Under the pieces are notes generated by a model. That model did no database searches and had not been told where the DNA came from. It saw only the letters and a list, made by a program, of their open reading frames with translations. A program made the position numbers and the translations under genes. From Acidimicrobiia bacterium (GTDB lineage: Bacteria > Actinomycetota > Acidimicrobiia > Spongiisociales > Spongiisociaceae): a stretch of DNA of 64,000 nt. Of the stretch, positions 8,861-17,911 are shown in pieces. The stretch lies in NCBI GenBank assembly GCA_965200835.1, contig OZ241390.1, positions 2,563,286 through 2,627,285 on the forward strand, in the 5' to 3' direction. The first letter of the stretch is position 1; each line of letters starts with the position of its first letter.

Positions 8861-9269
8861 CCTCTCCCGCCGCTTGGGAAAGATATTCGAGACCTGGGTC
8901 GAGGACCCGGAGTCGGATGTGGTGGCCGCCGAGCTGGTGGAGGAGCGCTGGGCAGTTCGCATGGCCCAGCAGACCCGGGACTTCACTACGGTCTGGGTGA
9001 CTCCCGGGGATCTGACCGTGGCCTTCGAGGCGTACGTGTTGCCGGCCCCCAGGCACCGGGTGGGGGAGGTACATCGCCAGATCCTGTTCCGCAATCAACG
9101 ATCCTGGCGGGTTCACTTCGCCATCGACCGGGACGGCGCCATCTACCTGTTCGGACGGGTGGACGTCGACCAAGCCACCGAGGAGACCTTCCAGTATGTG
9201 TTCGCTGAGATATACGAGCTGGTGGATCTCTCATTCCGGCCGCTGGTCCGGACCGGATTCGGACGCTGA
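8847..9269 (+). CDS. YbjN-domain protein
   Basis: Internal ATG at 8847 overlaps the end of mshA. 140 aa. In my experience a YbjN-like gene commonly follows mshA in actinobacteria. The track ORF start at 8751 would lie inside mshA. Confidence 0.55.
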   Translation: MLRTDLSRRLGKIFETWVEDPESDVVAAELVEERWAVRMAQQTRDFTTVWVTPGDLTVAFEAYVLPAPRHRVGEVHRQILFRNQRSWRVHFAIDRDGAIYLFGRVDVDQATEETFQYVFAEIYELVDLSFRPLVRTGFGR

Positions 9270-9318
9270 GGGGCTGGCCCCGCTGCCAAAAAACCCTTGG
9301 AATCTTCTCTACGGTGCC

Positions 9319-9351
9319 TGTGGATAACCGCTGGGGATTCAGTGGATAACC
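9319..9351 (+). promoter_or_regulatory. Two DnaA-box-like 9-mers in direct orientation
   Basis: TGTGGATAA at 9319-9327 is the exact reverse complement of TTATCCACA. AGTGGATAA at 9341-9349 has one mismatch. They are 22 bp apart and each is followed by CC. The adjacent stretch is A/T-rich. Confidence 0.5.
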
Positions 9352-9591
9352 ACCTTCGGGGCTCCTTTTGCCTAATGTTTACATTGGGAAAAAAATGATG
9401 ATGATGGTCGGGAGGATACTTGATGCCAGCCCGGAGACAGGGTAGATTTCTACGTGAAAGCCCGAGGTGCTGGAGCCGAGCGAATCCGTCAGGGGAAGTG
9501 CGGTGGAATTCGGTGAAGGTTCCTCGGGCTTTTCATCGTTCTCAGGCTGCCCCAGATCGGGTACGGCACCCGCCGGAGCCCGCCGTGGCAG

Positions 9592-10497
9592 TTACCCGAC
9601 CGTAGGGAGCTGCTCGAGCCCGAACATCACTTCCCTGAGGCTGACATCGGTGGTGTGGAAGCGTTCCGGATCGAGATGCGCCGAACCGAGGCGGAGTCCG
9701 GCCATTCCCTCCCCGAAGGCGGTTCGTACCCGCAGGCCGGTCCCTTCGAACTCCAGCACACCCAGCCCCAGGCAGCGTCCGGTCCGGTCATGTACCCCGA
9801 CGATCAGCCGGTCGAGTCGGGAGAGGTCGAACCCGGCCGGGAGGCTGGGGGAGAAAACGGTCGGCCGGACCTGCCAGCGCCGCAGAGGTTCCGCGAGGGC
9901 CTCCAGGAACCGGGCAGCCCGCAGGTCCATGCGTTCCTCGGGGCCCATGGGTATCACACCGCTGGGAGCAGCCACCGTAGTGACTTCCACGGAGAGGAAC
10001 CGCCGGAGTAGCCCCGCCAGCGGTTCCATCTCGGATCCTCTCTGGAAGGCCACGACGGCGTCTGGGCGGGTCAGTTCTACCTTGTGGTATTTGAGGGTCT
10101 GGCCAGTGACCCCGGATACGGTCCCGCTGGTATCGATGACTACCAAGTCCGCCTCCACTCGGGCCGAATCGACTAGCGCGGCTACCCCGGCCACCTGGGG
10201 TAGCAGGAATCGTTCCGGAGAGATAGCTCCCACGAAACGCAGATCGTCGGCTAGCTGCAAGCCGGCCAGATCGCCGTCGGAGCGAAGCCACTTGATGCTC
10301 ACACAGGTAGGGGGCCCCACCGTCGGATGGGCCAGTTCGCTGTCGATATAAGCGACGGTGCCCCCGATGGCCAGGGCCGACCTGATGAGGGTGGCGGCGA
10401 AGGTCGACTTACCGGTGTCGAAGCCTCCGATCACCATCACCACCCCACCGGCTGTGGCGAGGCGTCCGGCAAGGTCACAGTGGATGGGATCGCCCAT
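9592..10497 (-). CDS. Clp1/Grc3-like P-loop polynucleotide 5'-kinase family protein
   Basis: P-loop GGFDTGKST. YIDSELAHPTVGPPTC corresponds to the Clp1 D.D.GQ...PG segment. VIDTSGTVSG corresponds to INT.GW..G. Confidence 0.6.
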   Translation of the reverse strand: MGDPIHCDLAGRLATAGGVVMVIGGFDTGKSTFAATLIRSALAIGGTVAYIDSELAHPTVGPPTCVSIKWLRSDGDLAGLQLADDLRFVGAISPERFLLPQVAGVAALVDSARVEADLVVIDTSGTVSGVTGQTLKYHKVELTRPDAVVAFQRGSEMEPLAGLLRRFLSVEVTTVAAPSGVIPMGPEERMDLRAARFLEALAEPLRRWQVRPTVFSPSLPAGFDLSRLDRLIVGVHDRTGRCLGLGVLEFEGTGLRVRTAFGEGMAGLRLGSAHLDPERFHTTDVSLREVMFGLEQLPTVG

Positions 10498-10635
10498 GAT
10501 CCCATGCTATACCGGTGCCCTACTCCCCATCCGGTAGGAACCTGTCAGGAAGGGCTCCGCGGAAGGTTGCCCACCCCGGGAGGCATGCGCCCGGGTTAGG
10601 CTTACGGAAATCTGCCGAGAACGGGAAGAGTGAGG

Positions 10636-10890
10636 ATGCAGGCTGACATCACCATTACCAACCCGGCCGGGCTCCACGCTCGACCGGCGGCCGAGTTCGT
10701 CAAGCGGGCCAAGGCCTCTCCGTCGACCATCACCGTGACTGCCCGTGGCAAGACGGTGAATGCCAAGAGCATGCTCGGGATCCTCAAACTGGGGGCAACT
10801 AGTGGCACCACCATCTCGGTGGAGGTGGAGGGTGACGACGGCGAGGCCGTCATCGCCGACTTTCGAGCCCTCCTGTCGGTCGAGGGGTGA
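10636..10890 (+). CDS. ptsH: Phosphocarrier protein HPr
   Basis: GLHARPA (His15 site) and AKSMLGIL (Ser46 region). 84 aa from the ATG at 10636. Confidence 0.9.
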   Translation: MQADITITNPAGLHARPAAEFVKRAKASPSTITVTARGKTVNAKSMLGILKLGATSGTTISVEVEGDDGEAVIADFRALLSVEG

Positions 10891-10920
10891 CGGCCGGACC
10901 TACCCCCTAGCCCCGCCTGA

Positions 10921-12615
10921 TCACATCTCGCTCAGGAGACGCCGTACTTCCTGGCCGTCCGCAGCCGCCAGACATCGGGTAGCCACCTCCCGGCAGCTCT
11001 CGACGTTCAGAGCGCGCACCCGGTCCTTGATAGTAGCCACGGACGGAATCGCCACCGACAGCTCCTCGACGCCCAGTCCGATGAGCACCGGAGCTGCCAG
11101 GGGATCGCCCGCCATCTCGCCACACACCCCTACCCAGCGACCGTGGGACCGGGCGGCGGTGGCGGTTTCCGAGATGAGCCGGAGGACTGCCGGATCGTAG
11201 GAGTCGGCGCGGGCGGCGACCGATGCGTTCGTCCGGTCCACCGCCAGGGTGTATTGGGTGAGGTCGTTGGTCCCTATGGAGAAGAAGTCCACAAGCGGGG
11301 CTAGCCGAGACGCTACCAGCGCGGCTGAGGGAACCTCGATCATGATCCCCACCTGGTAACCGGTGGCATGCGCCAAGCCGTCGGAGGTCAGGGACTGCTC
11401 GGCCTCGGCCAGCGCCCCGCGGAAGTCCATCAGATCACCCAAGCCGGAGACCATGGGAGCCATGATCGCCAGCCTCCCCGCAGTACCGGCTCTGAGCAAG
11501 GCCCTCAGCTGGGCTTGCATCAGGGCGGGCCTGGCCAGCGTGAGCCGGATCCCTCGCAGGCCGAGGAAGGGGTTGAGTTCCTCGCCGATCTCGATGCCGG
11601 GAACCTGCTTGTCGCCCCCCACGTCGAGGGTGCGGACCACTACCAGCTGGTCACCGAAGCTGGATAGCACCAGGCGGTAGGCTTCGTACTGCTCCTCCTC
11701 GGACACTGGACCAGTGCGGTCGAGGAACAGGAACTCGGTGCGGAACAGGCCCACTCCTTCCGCTCCTGCTTCCACCGCTCGGGCGGCGTCGGTATCGGAG
11801 CCGATGTTGGCCGCCACCTCCACTCTGGTCCCGTCCTGGGTGAGTGCGGGTTCATGGGACCGGCCGGCGGCGCTGGCCATCGCCTGTCGCTGCTCCTCCT
11901 GCCGGCCGCGAAGGTGGCTGATCACCTCGTCGGAGGGGTCTATCCAGACCTTCCCGGTGTCGCCGTCGAAGGCCAGCGTGGTTCCGTCCCGGAGCTCGGG
12001 CAAGTCGACTCCCACCACGGCGGGAAGGCCCATTCCCCTGGCAAAGACGGCAATGTGAGAAGTGGGGCTGCCCTCCTCGGTACACAGGCCGAGGGCCATG
12101 CCGGGCGGAATGGTGGCCGTCTCGGACGGGAAGAAGTCGGTCGCTACCAGCACCGACGGAACTGCCAAGTCGTCCCAGGTGTCGAGAGGCAGCCCCAGCA
12201 CCGATTTCAGTAGCTGGGTTCCCACGTCGCGAATGTCGGCCGCCCGGGCCGCTAGATACTCGTCATCGAGAGACTCCAGCAGGGTGGCCGACTCCTCCGT
12301 CACCTGCTGGACGACCACTTCGCCGCACAGCCGCTCGGATCCGATCCGTTCCCGGATCTCGCCGGTGAACTCCGGGTCGTCGAGCAGTAGCAGGTGGGCG
12401 CCGATGACCTCGGCCTCGTCCGATCCTTCGGGATGCGATTGCCGGAGCCGCTCGAGCCGATCGGTGACAGAGGCCTGGCTGCGCGCTACCTTCTCGATCT
12501 CACTCTCCGGATCCTGGATCCGGCGGGCCTGAATGTCGGGAAGGCTGGAGACGTGCAGGTAGGCAGGGCCGATGGCAATGCCGGGCGAGGCCCCGATCCC
12601 GGCGCGTTCCATCAT
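10921..12615 (-). CDS. ptsI: Phosphoenolpyruvate-protein phosphotransferase (PTS enzyme I)
   Basis: 564 aa. GSPTSHIAVFARGMGLPAVVG phospho-His region. C-terminal PEP-utilising TIM barrel (FFSIGTNDLTQY, GVCGEMAGDP). Confidence 0.9.
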   Translation of the reverse strand: MMERAGIGASPGIAIGPAYLHVSSLPDIQARRIQDPESEIEKVARSQASVTDRLERLRQSHPEGSDEAEVIGAHLLLLDDPEFTGEIRERIGSERLCGEVVVQQVTEESATLLESLDDEYLAARAADIRDVGTQLLKSVLGLPLDTWDDLAVPSVLVATDFFPSETATIPPGMALGLCTEEGSPTSHIAVFARGMGLPAVVGVDLPELRDGTTLAFDGDTGKVWIDPSDEVISHLRGRQEEQRQAMASAAGRSHEPALTQDGTRVEVAANIGSDTDAARAVEAGAEGVGLFRTEFLFLDRTGPVSEEEQYEAYRLVLSSFGDQLVVVRTLDVGGDKQVPGIEIGEELNPFLGLRGIRLTLARPALMQAQLRALLRAGTAGRLAIMAPMVSGLGDLMDFRGALAEAEQSLTSDGLAHATGYQVGIMIEVPSAALVASRLAPLVDFFSIGTNDLTQYTLAVDRTNASVAARADSYDPAVLRLISETATAARSHGRWVGVCGEMAGDPLAAPVLIGLGVEELSVAIPSVATIKDRVRALNVESCREVATRCLAAADGQEVRRLLSEM

Positions 12616-12786
12616 GGTGAGAATCTCCGGGTTGGGTCCGGTAGGGCCTGGAGGTTTGCCGCCGTTAGGAGTCCTGCCACGATTATCTTCCTGGTTGCCT
12701 TCGGGTTACCGGCTCCAACGGTAGTAACTGCCAAGCCGGACGCGCCGCACTGAACCTTGCTTTCCCGACCGGTTGACCACCTCGGA

Positions 12787-13566
12787 TCAGGAACCATCGC
12801 CTCCCAACGTGTCCAGGAACTGCTGGTGCAGGATTCCGTTGCTGGCCGCCACGAACTGTTCCGAAACCGTCAGTGGCCTGCCCAGGCGATCGGTGACCGT
12901 CCCCCCGGCCTCCAATACCAGGAGGACTCCTGCTGCCATGTCCCATGGGGAGAGATCCTCCTCCCAGTAGGCGTCCAGCTTCCCGTATGCCACCATGCAC
13001 AGATCCAGCGCGGCCGATCCCATGCGCCGGATGCCCTGGGCGGTCCCCAGCACCCGCTGGAACCGGGTCTCACAGATCGCCATCCTCTCCCGCCGGTCGT
13101 AGGGGAATCCGGTGGCCACCAGCCCGTCACGGAGGTTGCTCACCGAGCTGACCCCGAGTCTGGAACCGTTGACGAACCCCCCCTCGCCGGCCGCCGCCGT
13201 GTATTCGTCCCCGGTGATGACATCCAGCACCACCGCTACCTGCGGAACGTCATCGATCCATAGTGCCACCGACACGCTCATCCAGGGGAAGCCGTGGGTG
13301 AAGTTGGTAGTGCCGTCGAGCGGGTCAACCAGCCACACCCGTCCACTATCGGGAAGGCGGCCGCCCCTTTCCTCGGCCACTACCGGATCGTGCTCCCGGT
13401 GCCGGGCGAGGACTTCGAAGATCGCCTGTTCCGAGCGGTGATCCACCTCGGTGACCGGATCGGCGTCCGCTTTGTAGCTCACCTCCACCCGGCGGGCAGA
13501 TCCGAGCAACACTTGCCGGGCGCCGGCCCGGGCCGACTCCAGGGCCACCGCCAGATCCGTCGCCAT
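12787..13566 (-). CDS. Inositol monophosphatase family protein
   Basis: WLVDPLDGTTNF and AALDLCMVAYGKLDAYWE motifs. Confidence 0.85.
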   Translation of the reverse strand: MATDLAVALESARAGARQVLLGSARRVEVSYKADADPVTEVDHRSEQAIFEVLARHREHDPVVAEERGGRLPDSGRVWLVDPLDGTTNFTHGFPWMSVSVALWIDDVPQVAVVLDVITGDEYTAAAGEGGFVNGSRLGVSSVSNLRDGLVATGFPYDRRERMAICETRFQRVLGTAQGIRRMGSAALDLCMVAYGKLDAYWEEDLSPWDMAAGVLLVLEAGGTVTDRLGRPLTVSEQFVAASNGILHQQFLDTLGGDGS

Positions 13567-13604
13567 CGATCTGACCGGGCGGGGACCCCGCGGTAACTTC
13601 CCCG

Positions 13605-13904
13605 CTAGCGGCGGCGGGGGAGGTCGGCCGCCTTCAGCAACCCACCATTGGCATCGAGGATGCCGATCTTGGTCCCGATGGTGGCGGGACTGGCTGAGAA
13701 GAGATCCGCCCGGTTTATGATCAGGAATCGGTAGCCGTCGAGCGGCCGCAGTCGCTTGACCACCTTCTTGATCTGCTTGCGGTCGGCCGCGATGCCCAGG
13801 GCCCCCTTGGAGCAGATCAGATCGGCTTTCCCAGTGGGGTCAGGCTCGGCGGACAGTTTGGCGGAAATCGCTTGTTGCAGTTGGTCGTGGTTCAGACGCG
13901 ACAT
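13605..13904 (-). CDS. Small hypothetical protein downstream of mtlD
   Basis: ATG at 13904 with GGGAGAG upstream. ~99 aa with no recognisable motif. The longer track ORF (to 13976) would overlap mtlD. Confidence 0.35.
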   Translation of the reverse strand: MSRLNHDQLQQAISAKLSAEPDPTGKADLICSKGALGIAADRKQIKKVVKRLRPLDGYRFLIINRADLFSASPATIGTKIGILDANGGLLKAADLPRRR

Positions 13905-13941
13905 TGCTCTCCCGGAGTGGACAGGCTGGGGAAGATCATAT

Positions 13942-15072
13942 CTACCGATCGGGCGCCGGGCACTCCAGTCGGGCACCTATCAGGCGGATCAGGGCGCCGT
14001 CATGCTGGTCTTCGAGGCCGAGTACCGCTTGCCAGCCTTCGGAGTCCAGGGCTTCTCGCAGCTCGGGCAACCCTGGCACTTGAGGGTCGGTCACCGACAG
14101 GCCGGCCGCAATGGCATCGCACAGGGCTCCGATCGGCAAGCCCCGCCGGGCCGCCGCCCGGGCGGGACCCGTCAGGCGCTCGGCGGGACCGAGTTTGCGG
14201 AGAGGATGGCGCCCTACCCGATGGACCGGATCCACCAGGGTGGTCCCGGCGAAGCGCTCCAGGTTGGCCCGCCCGTGGGCTCCCAGGTCAGCGGCTGTCC
14301 AGCCGGAGTACTCCGAGGACAGGACTTCAGCCATCGTGGCGGCCGCTTCCTCCAGACGGGTCCGGATGGCTGGATCGGTGACCGCTGCGGCAATCGTGCG
14401 GTGTCCGGCTTGCATGCCCAGATAGGCCGCCGCGGCGTGGAGCCCGTTGACCAGCCATAGTTTCCGCTTGCGGTAGATGGGCAGGTCGTCCACCAATTCC
14501 ACCCCCGGTACTCCGGGGTGGTCCCCTCTCCAGCCTTTGGCGGCCACCTTGAAGTCGAAGAGCGATTCCACTTCCACCGACAGACCATCGCCGGTGGTGC
14601 CGGGGACCATCCGATCGACCAGAGTCTCGGGAAACCCCACTGTGTCAGTTCCTTCTCCTATCAGATGCTCGACATGGCGGCGAAGGCGGGCAGTGTTGGG
14701 GTCCGCGTTCTCGCAGGCTATGACGTTGGCGATCCGGTGGTCGTCTCTGGAGAGGGCGGCGGCGATGGTGGGAGCGATCCGATCGAGCACCCCGGCCCCC
14801 ACTGCCGTACACACCAAATCGGCCGAAGCGGTGGCTTCCGCCGCTCGATCCAGGGAGGTCCCGTCGACGGCCCGGATCCCACCGATGGACCGCGATGAAC
14901 GACCGGCGCCCGACACCTCGACTACCTGGTACGCGCCCTCACGGTTCAGTCTCTTCACCAGCTCGCACGAGATGTCTATGAAAACCACCTCCCAGCCGGC
15001 CCGGCCGAACAGCCAGCCCAGGAGCCCCCTGCCTATGTTGCCGGCGCCGAATACGGCGACCCGCCGGGTCAT
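13942..15072 (-). CDS. mtlD: Mannitol-1-phosphate 5-dehydrogenase
   Basis: N-terminal Rossmann fold VAVFGAGNIGRG, mannitol dehydrogenase family length (376 aa), and position in a mannitol PTS operon. Confidence 0.8.
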   Translation of the reverse strand: MTRRVAVFGAGNIGRGLLGWLFGRAGWEVVFIDISCELVKRLNREGAYQVVEVSGAGRSSRSIGGIRAVDGTSLDRAAEATASADLVCTAVGAGVLDRIAPTIAAALSRDDHRIANVIACENADPNTARLRRHVEHLIGEGTDTVGFPETLVDRMVPGTTGDGLSVEVESLFDFKVAAKGWRGDHPGVPGVELVDDLPIYRKRKLWLVNGLHAAAAYLGMQAGHRTIAAAVTDPAIRTRLEEAAATMAEVLSSEYSGWTAADLGAHGRANLERFAGTTLVDPVHRVGRHPLRKLGPAERLTGPARAAARRGLPIGALCDAIAAGLSVTDPQVPGLPELREALDSEGWQAVLGLEDQHDGALIRLIGARLECPAPDR

Positions 15073-15515
15073 CCTCCTGATACGGCCAGGATGTCCGTTA
15101 CGTAGCCGGCGTCGGTGGTGGTCGCCAGCCGCTCACATAGCTCTTCGTCGTCGAGCACGTCAGCCAGATGCGACATCACCTGCAGGTGTTCGTCGCCCAC
15201 CGCCGCCAGGCCGAATACCAGGTAGGCCCGATCGTCGTCGTCACCCCACGGGACACCCGCGGGATACTGGGCCAGTACCAGGGCGGTGCGTTTGATCAGA
15301 TCACGGTCTTCGTAGGTGCAGTGCGGCAGAGCGATCCCGTTGCCCAGGTAGGTCGAGATTACGGTCTCCCGGGCCAGCATCGACTGTCCGTATCCATCCT
15401 CGACCGCCCCGAGCTCGGATAGCATCCCTGACACCCGCTCGATGGCTTCCTCACGGGTGCTCCCCGTCTCTCCCAGGCTGATGGCTTCTACCGAAGCGAC
15501 CGATTTACCCTCCAT
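15069..15515 (-). CDS. PTS EIIA component, mannitol/fructose class (stand-alone)
   Basis: NGIALPHC active-site His context and typical EIIA-2 length. Its stop overlaps the mtlD start. Confidence 0.8.
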   Translation of the reverse strand: MEGKSVASVEAISLGETGSTREEAIERVSGMLSELGAVEDGYGQSMLARETVISTYLGNGIALPHCTYEDRDLIKRTALVLAQYPAGVPWGDDDDRAYLVFGLAAVGDEHLQVMSHLADVLDDEELCERLATTTDAGYVTDILAVSGG

Positions 15516-15523
15516 GGTCAGCC

Positions 15524-15847
15524 TCAGATCCCTACCACGTCCGAGCCGCTGGACAGCGACTTCACCAGCTTGGTAAGGGCCGGATCCTTCAGGAAGGTTC
15601 GGAACGGAACCACCGCCGCGTGGGGCGCCACCTGCTTGACCCGGGTGGCTAGACCAGCATGGGTAACCACCACGTCGGCGCCGGCCGGTATGTCGTGGAC
15701 GGGGGAGTGGGTGACCTTGACCTTGAGTTTCGCCTTCTTGAGCATCTTCTTCAGGTAGTTGGTCACCATGAGGCTCGATCCCATTCCGGCTTCACATGCC
15801 AGAACTATCCATTGCACTTCGCTTGCGGCTTTCGTTACCGAGCTCAT
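15524..15847 (-). CDS. PTS EIIB component, mannitol class (stand-alone)
   Basis: IVLACEAGMGSSLM contains the phospho-Cys motif. Confidence 0.8.
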   Translation of the reverse strand: MSSVTKAASEVQWIVLACEAGMGSSLMVTNYLKKMLKKAKLKVKVTHSPVHDIPAGADVVVTHAGLATRVKQVAPHAAVVPFRTFLKDPALTKLVKSLSSGSDVVGI

Positions 15848-15935
15848 ATGTGCGTCCCTTCTGATACGAGTAGTGGGAAGAGCCTCTGACGGAGACCCTT
15901 CCCACCACCTGAAATGGTTGTTGTAGCTGCTTGGT

Positions 15936-17030
15936 TCAGCCGGTCGGAACGGCGGGCATGGTGCCGATCATGTCCTCGGTTCCTTCCTTCTCCCGGACAG
16001 GATAGATTCGCAGCAGCAGCGAACCCACTAGGAAGGCCGCAACTGCCGCTACCAGTACCCCTAGCAGCACCGGGAAGTGTTGCCCTCTGGGCATCACCGC
16101 CAGGTAAGCAAAGATAGAACCCGGGGATGGCGTCGCTGACAACCCGGCATCGAACAGCACAAAGATGATGTCGGCCAGGATGCCTCCTGCCCACACCGAA
16201 AGGATCATGATGGGATGCATCAGGATGTACGGGAAGTAGATCTCGTGGATCCCACCGAAGAAGTGGATGATGACCGCGCCGGGTGCTGACAACTTGGCCA
16301 GGCCCTTACCCGCGAACCAGTAGGCCAGCAGCAGGCCCAGTCCCGGTCCCGGGTTGGTCTCGAGCAGGAAGTAGATCGAGCGCCCGGTCTCGGCGGCCTC
16401 CGCCGCACCAAGCGGTCCCAGGATCCCGTGGTTGATCGCGTTGTTGAGGAACAACACCTTCCCCACTTCGATGGGAATGTCAGCCAGTGGCAGGAATCCC
16501 GAGTCGGCAACCCCGTTCACGATGTTCCCGAAGAAGCTGGCGATAGCGGCCATGATCGGTCCGATGATCAGCTTGCCGAGGATGGCCAGCACGAAGCCCA
16601 GTATTCCGGCCGAGAAGTTGTTGTACAACATCTCGAACCCGACCGGGACCCGCTCCTCGAAGGCGTCGTCGATCTTCATCAGTATCCAGGCGGAGAGCGG
16701 TCCGACCACCATGGCGCCCAGGAACTGAGGGGGGTCTCCGGCCGCACCACTGTCGAGGACGAAGTCGGCCCCGATGACGATGCCCATCGTGGCGATGGCG
16801 CCGATTACGCCTCCCCGGTGCCCGTAGACCATCTTGCCGCCGGTGTATCCAATCAATACCGGTAGCAGGTAGACGATGATCGGTCCGACCAGCTCGGAGA
16901 GGTTTTCGTTTGGAATCCATCCGGTGGGAATGAAAAAGGCGGTGATCAGTCCCCAGGCGATAAATGCGCCGATGTTGGGAATGACCATACCCGCCATAAA
17001 TCCGCCGAACTTCTGAAGGCGTGCAAGCAT
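15936..17030 (-). CDS. mtlA: PTS EIIC component, mannitol-specific permease
   Basis: LQKFGGFMAGMVIPNIGAFIAWGLITAFFIPTGWIPN is the conserved MtlA EIIC N-terminus. The protein is polytopic. Confidence 0.85.
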   Translation of the reverse strand: MLARLQKFGGFMAGMVIPNIGAFIAWGLITAFFIPTGWIPNENLSELVGPIIVYLLPVLIGYTGGKMVYGHRGGVIGAIATMGIVIGADFVLDSGAAGDPPQFLGAMVVGPLSAWILMKIDDAFEERVPVGFEMLYNNFSAGILGFVLAILGKLIIGPIMAAIASFFGNIVNGVADSGFLPLADIPIEVGKVLFLNNAINHGILGPLGAAEAAETGRSIYFLLETNPGPGLGLLLAYWFAGKGLAKLSAPGAVIIHFFGGIHEIYFPYILMHPIMILSVWAGGILADIIFVLFDAGLSATPSPGSIFAYLAVMPRGQHFPVLLGVLVAAVAAFLVGSLLLRIYPVREKEGTEDMIGTMPAVPTG

Positions 17031-17266
17031 CCGACCTCCTCGGATTGCAGATAGTTAGTCAAGGGAGGTTAGACGGAGTCGGATACCCGCTGCAACTATT
17101 TCGCGTTCTGGAAGTGGACTAATCGGTCCGTCCGGTAGCCATCTAAGGCGGTGCCATGATGAGGTTGTTATCTAAACGCTGAGTATTGTTCCAACATACT
17201 AGTCGGATCGGAGGTCGGCCAAGCACGCTCGGGGGACTCCGGTTTGACCGTGCGTCGGCGGCTTGC

Positions 17267-17911
17267 TCAGGCGCGGGCTATTGCCCTATACGCGGCGGCC
17301 ATGGTGGTGAAGGAAGCGGCGAGCGCCGGAATGCCTAGTAACCAGAAGCCGAGTGTGACCAGCGGGCCGGGATCCCATAGGTACAGCGTCGCCCCGGCCG
17401 GGACGAAGAAGCACATACAGACGAGGATCAGGCCCAACAACCTCATCCGGTTGCCTCTGCTCAGCCCTGAACTGAGGGCGAGTGCTTGCAGCCCTTTTGC
17501 CTTCTTCTCCACTATCACAAACGGGTAAAGGCTGTAGATCATCAGCACCATGACTCCCGGAACGAATAGGAACACGGTCCCGACCGCGGCCGTCAGCAGG
17601 AAGATCGCGGTAGCCCGTACGAAGCCATCGCGTACCCACCAGTCGTCTCCCCGACGCTGGGAGTTGGAGACGGCCGCCAGCGCGGTGCGGGCCAGGGGCC
17701 AGGCCGAGTACCCGGCTAGCACCAGGCTCAGCAACCAGATGGCCAGGCCGAGCCAGAAGTTGAAGTCCGCGGCCTGGATAAATAGGACCATGGCCGGCAC
17801 TGCCATGGCCAGGGCGGAGCCAGTCAGAAGGCTGCCGGTGTGTGCTCGAAACCCGGCCGATCCTGCGGCTATCACCCTCCCGATGCTGATGGGGGGTCTC
17901 TTACCCGACAT
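17267..17911 (-). CDS. Hypothetical polytopic membrane protein
   Basis: About 6 hydrophobic helices. ATG at 17911 with GAGG upstream. Confidence 0.5.
   Translation of the reverse strand: MSGKRPPISIGRVIAAGSAGFRAHTGSLLTGSALAMAVPAMVLFIQAADFNFWLGLAIWLLSLVLAGYSAWPLARTALAAVSNSQRRGDDWWVRDGFVRATAIFLLTAAVGTVFLFVPGVMVLMIYSLYPFVIVEKKAKGLQALALSSGLSRGNRMRLLGLILVCMCFFVPAGATLYLWDPGPLVTLGFWLLGIPALAASFTTMAAAYRAIARA

Noticed and set aside
9319-9351. Chromosomal replication origin (oriC)
   Set aside because: There are only two boxes, no dnaA/dnaN/rpmH nearby, and a short A/T patch. This is insufficient for an origin, so it is kept only as a DnaA-box observation.
9428-9520. Cobalamin riboswitch (AGCCCGGAGACAGGG resembles a B12 box; GGGGAAG...GGTGGAATTC resembles the core)
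   Set aside because: The elements are in the wrong order for the known architecture. There is no downstream gene on either strand, and two B12-box positions mismatch.
9467-10351. 294-aa + strand ORF covering the Clp1-like locus
   Set aside because: Its composition is Ser/Arg/Pro-rich and low-complexity. The minus-strand frame carries a P-loop and the ordered Clp1 motifs.
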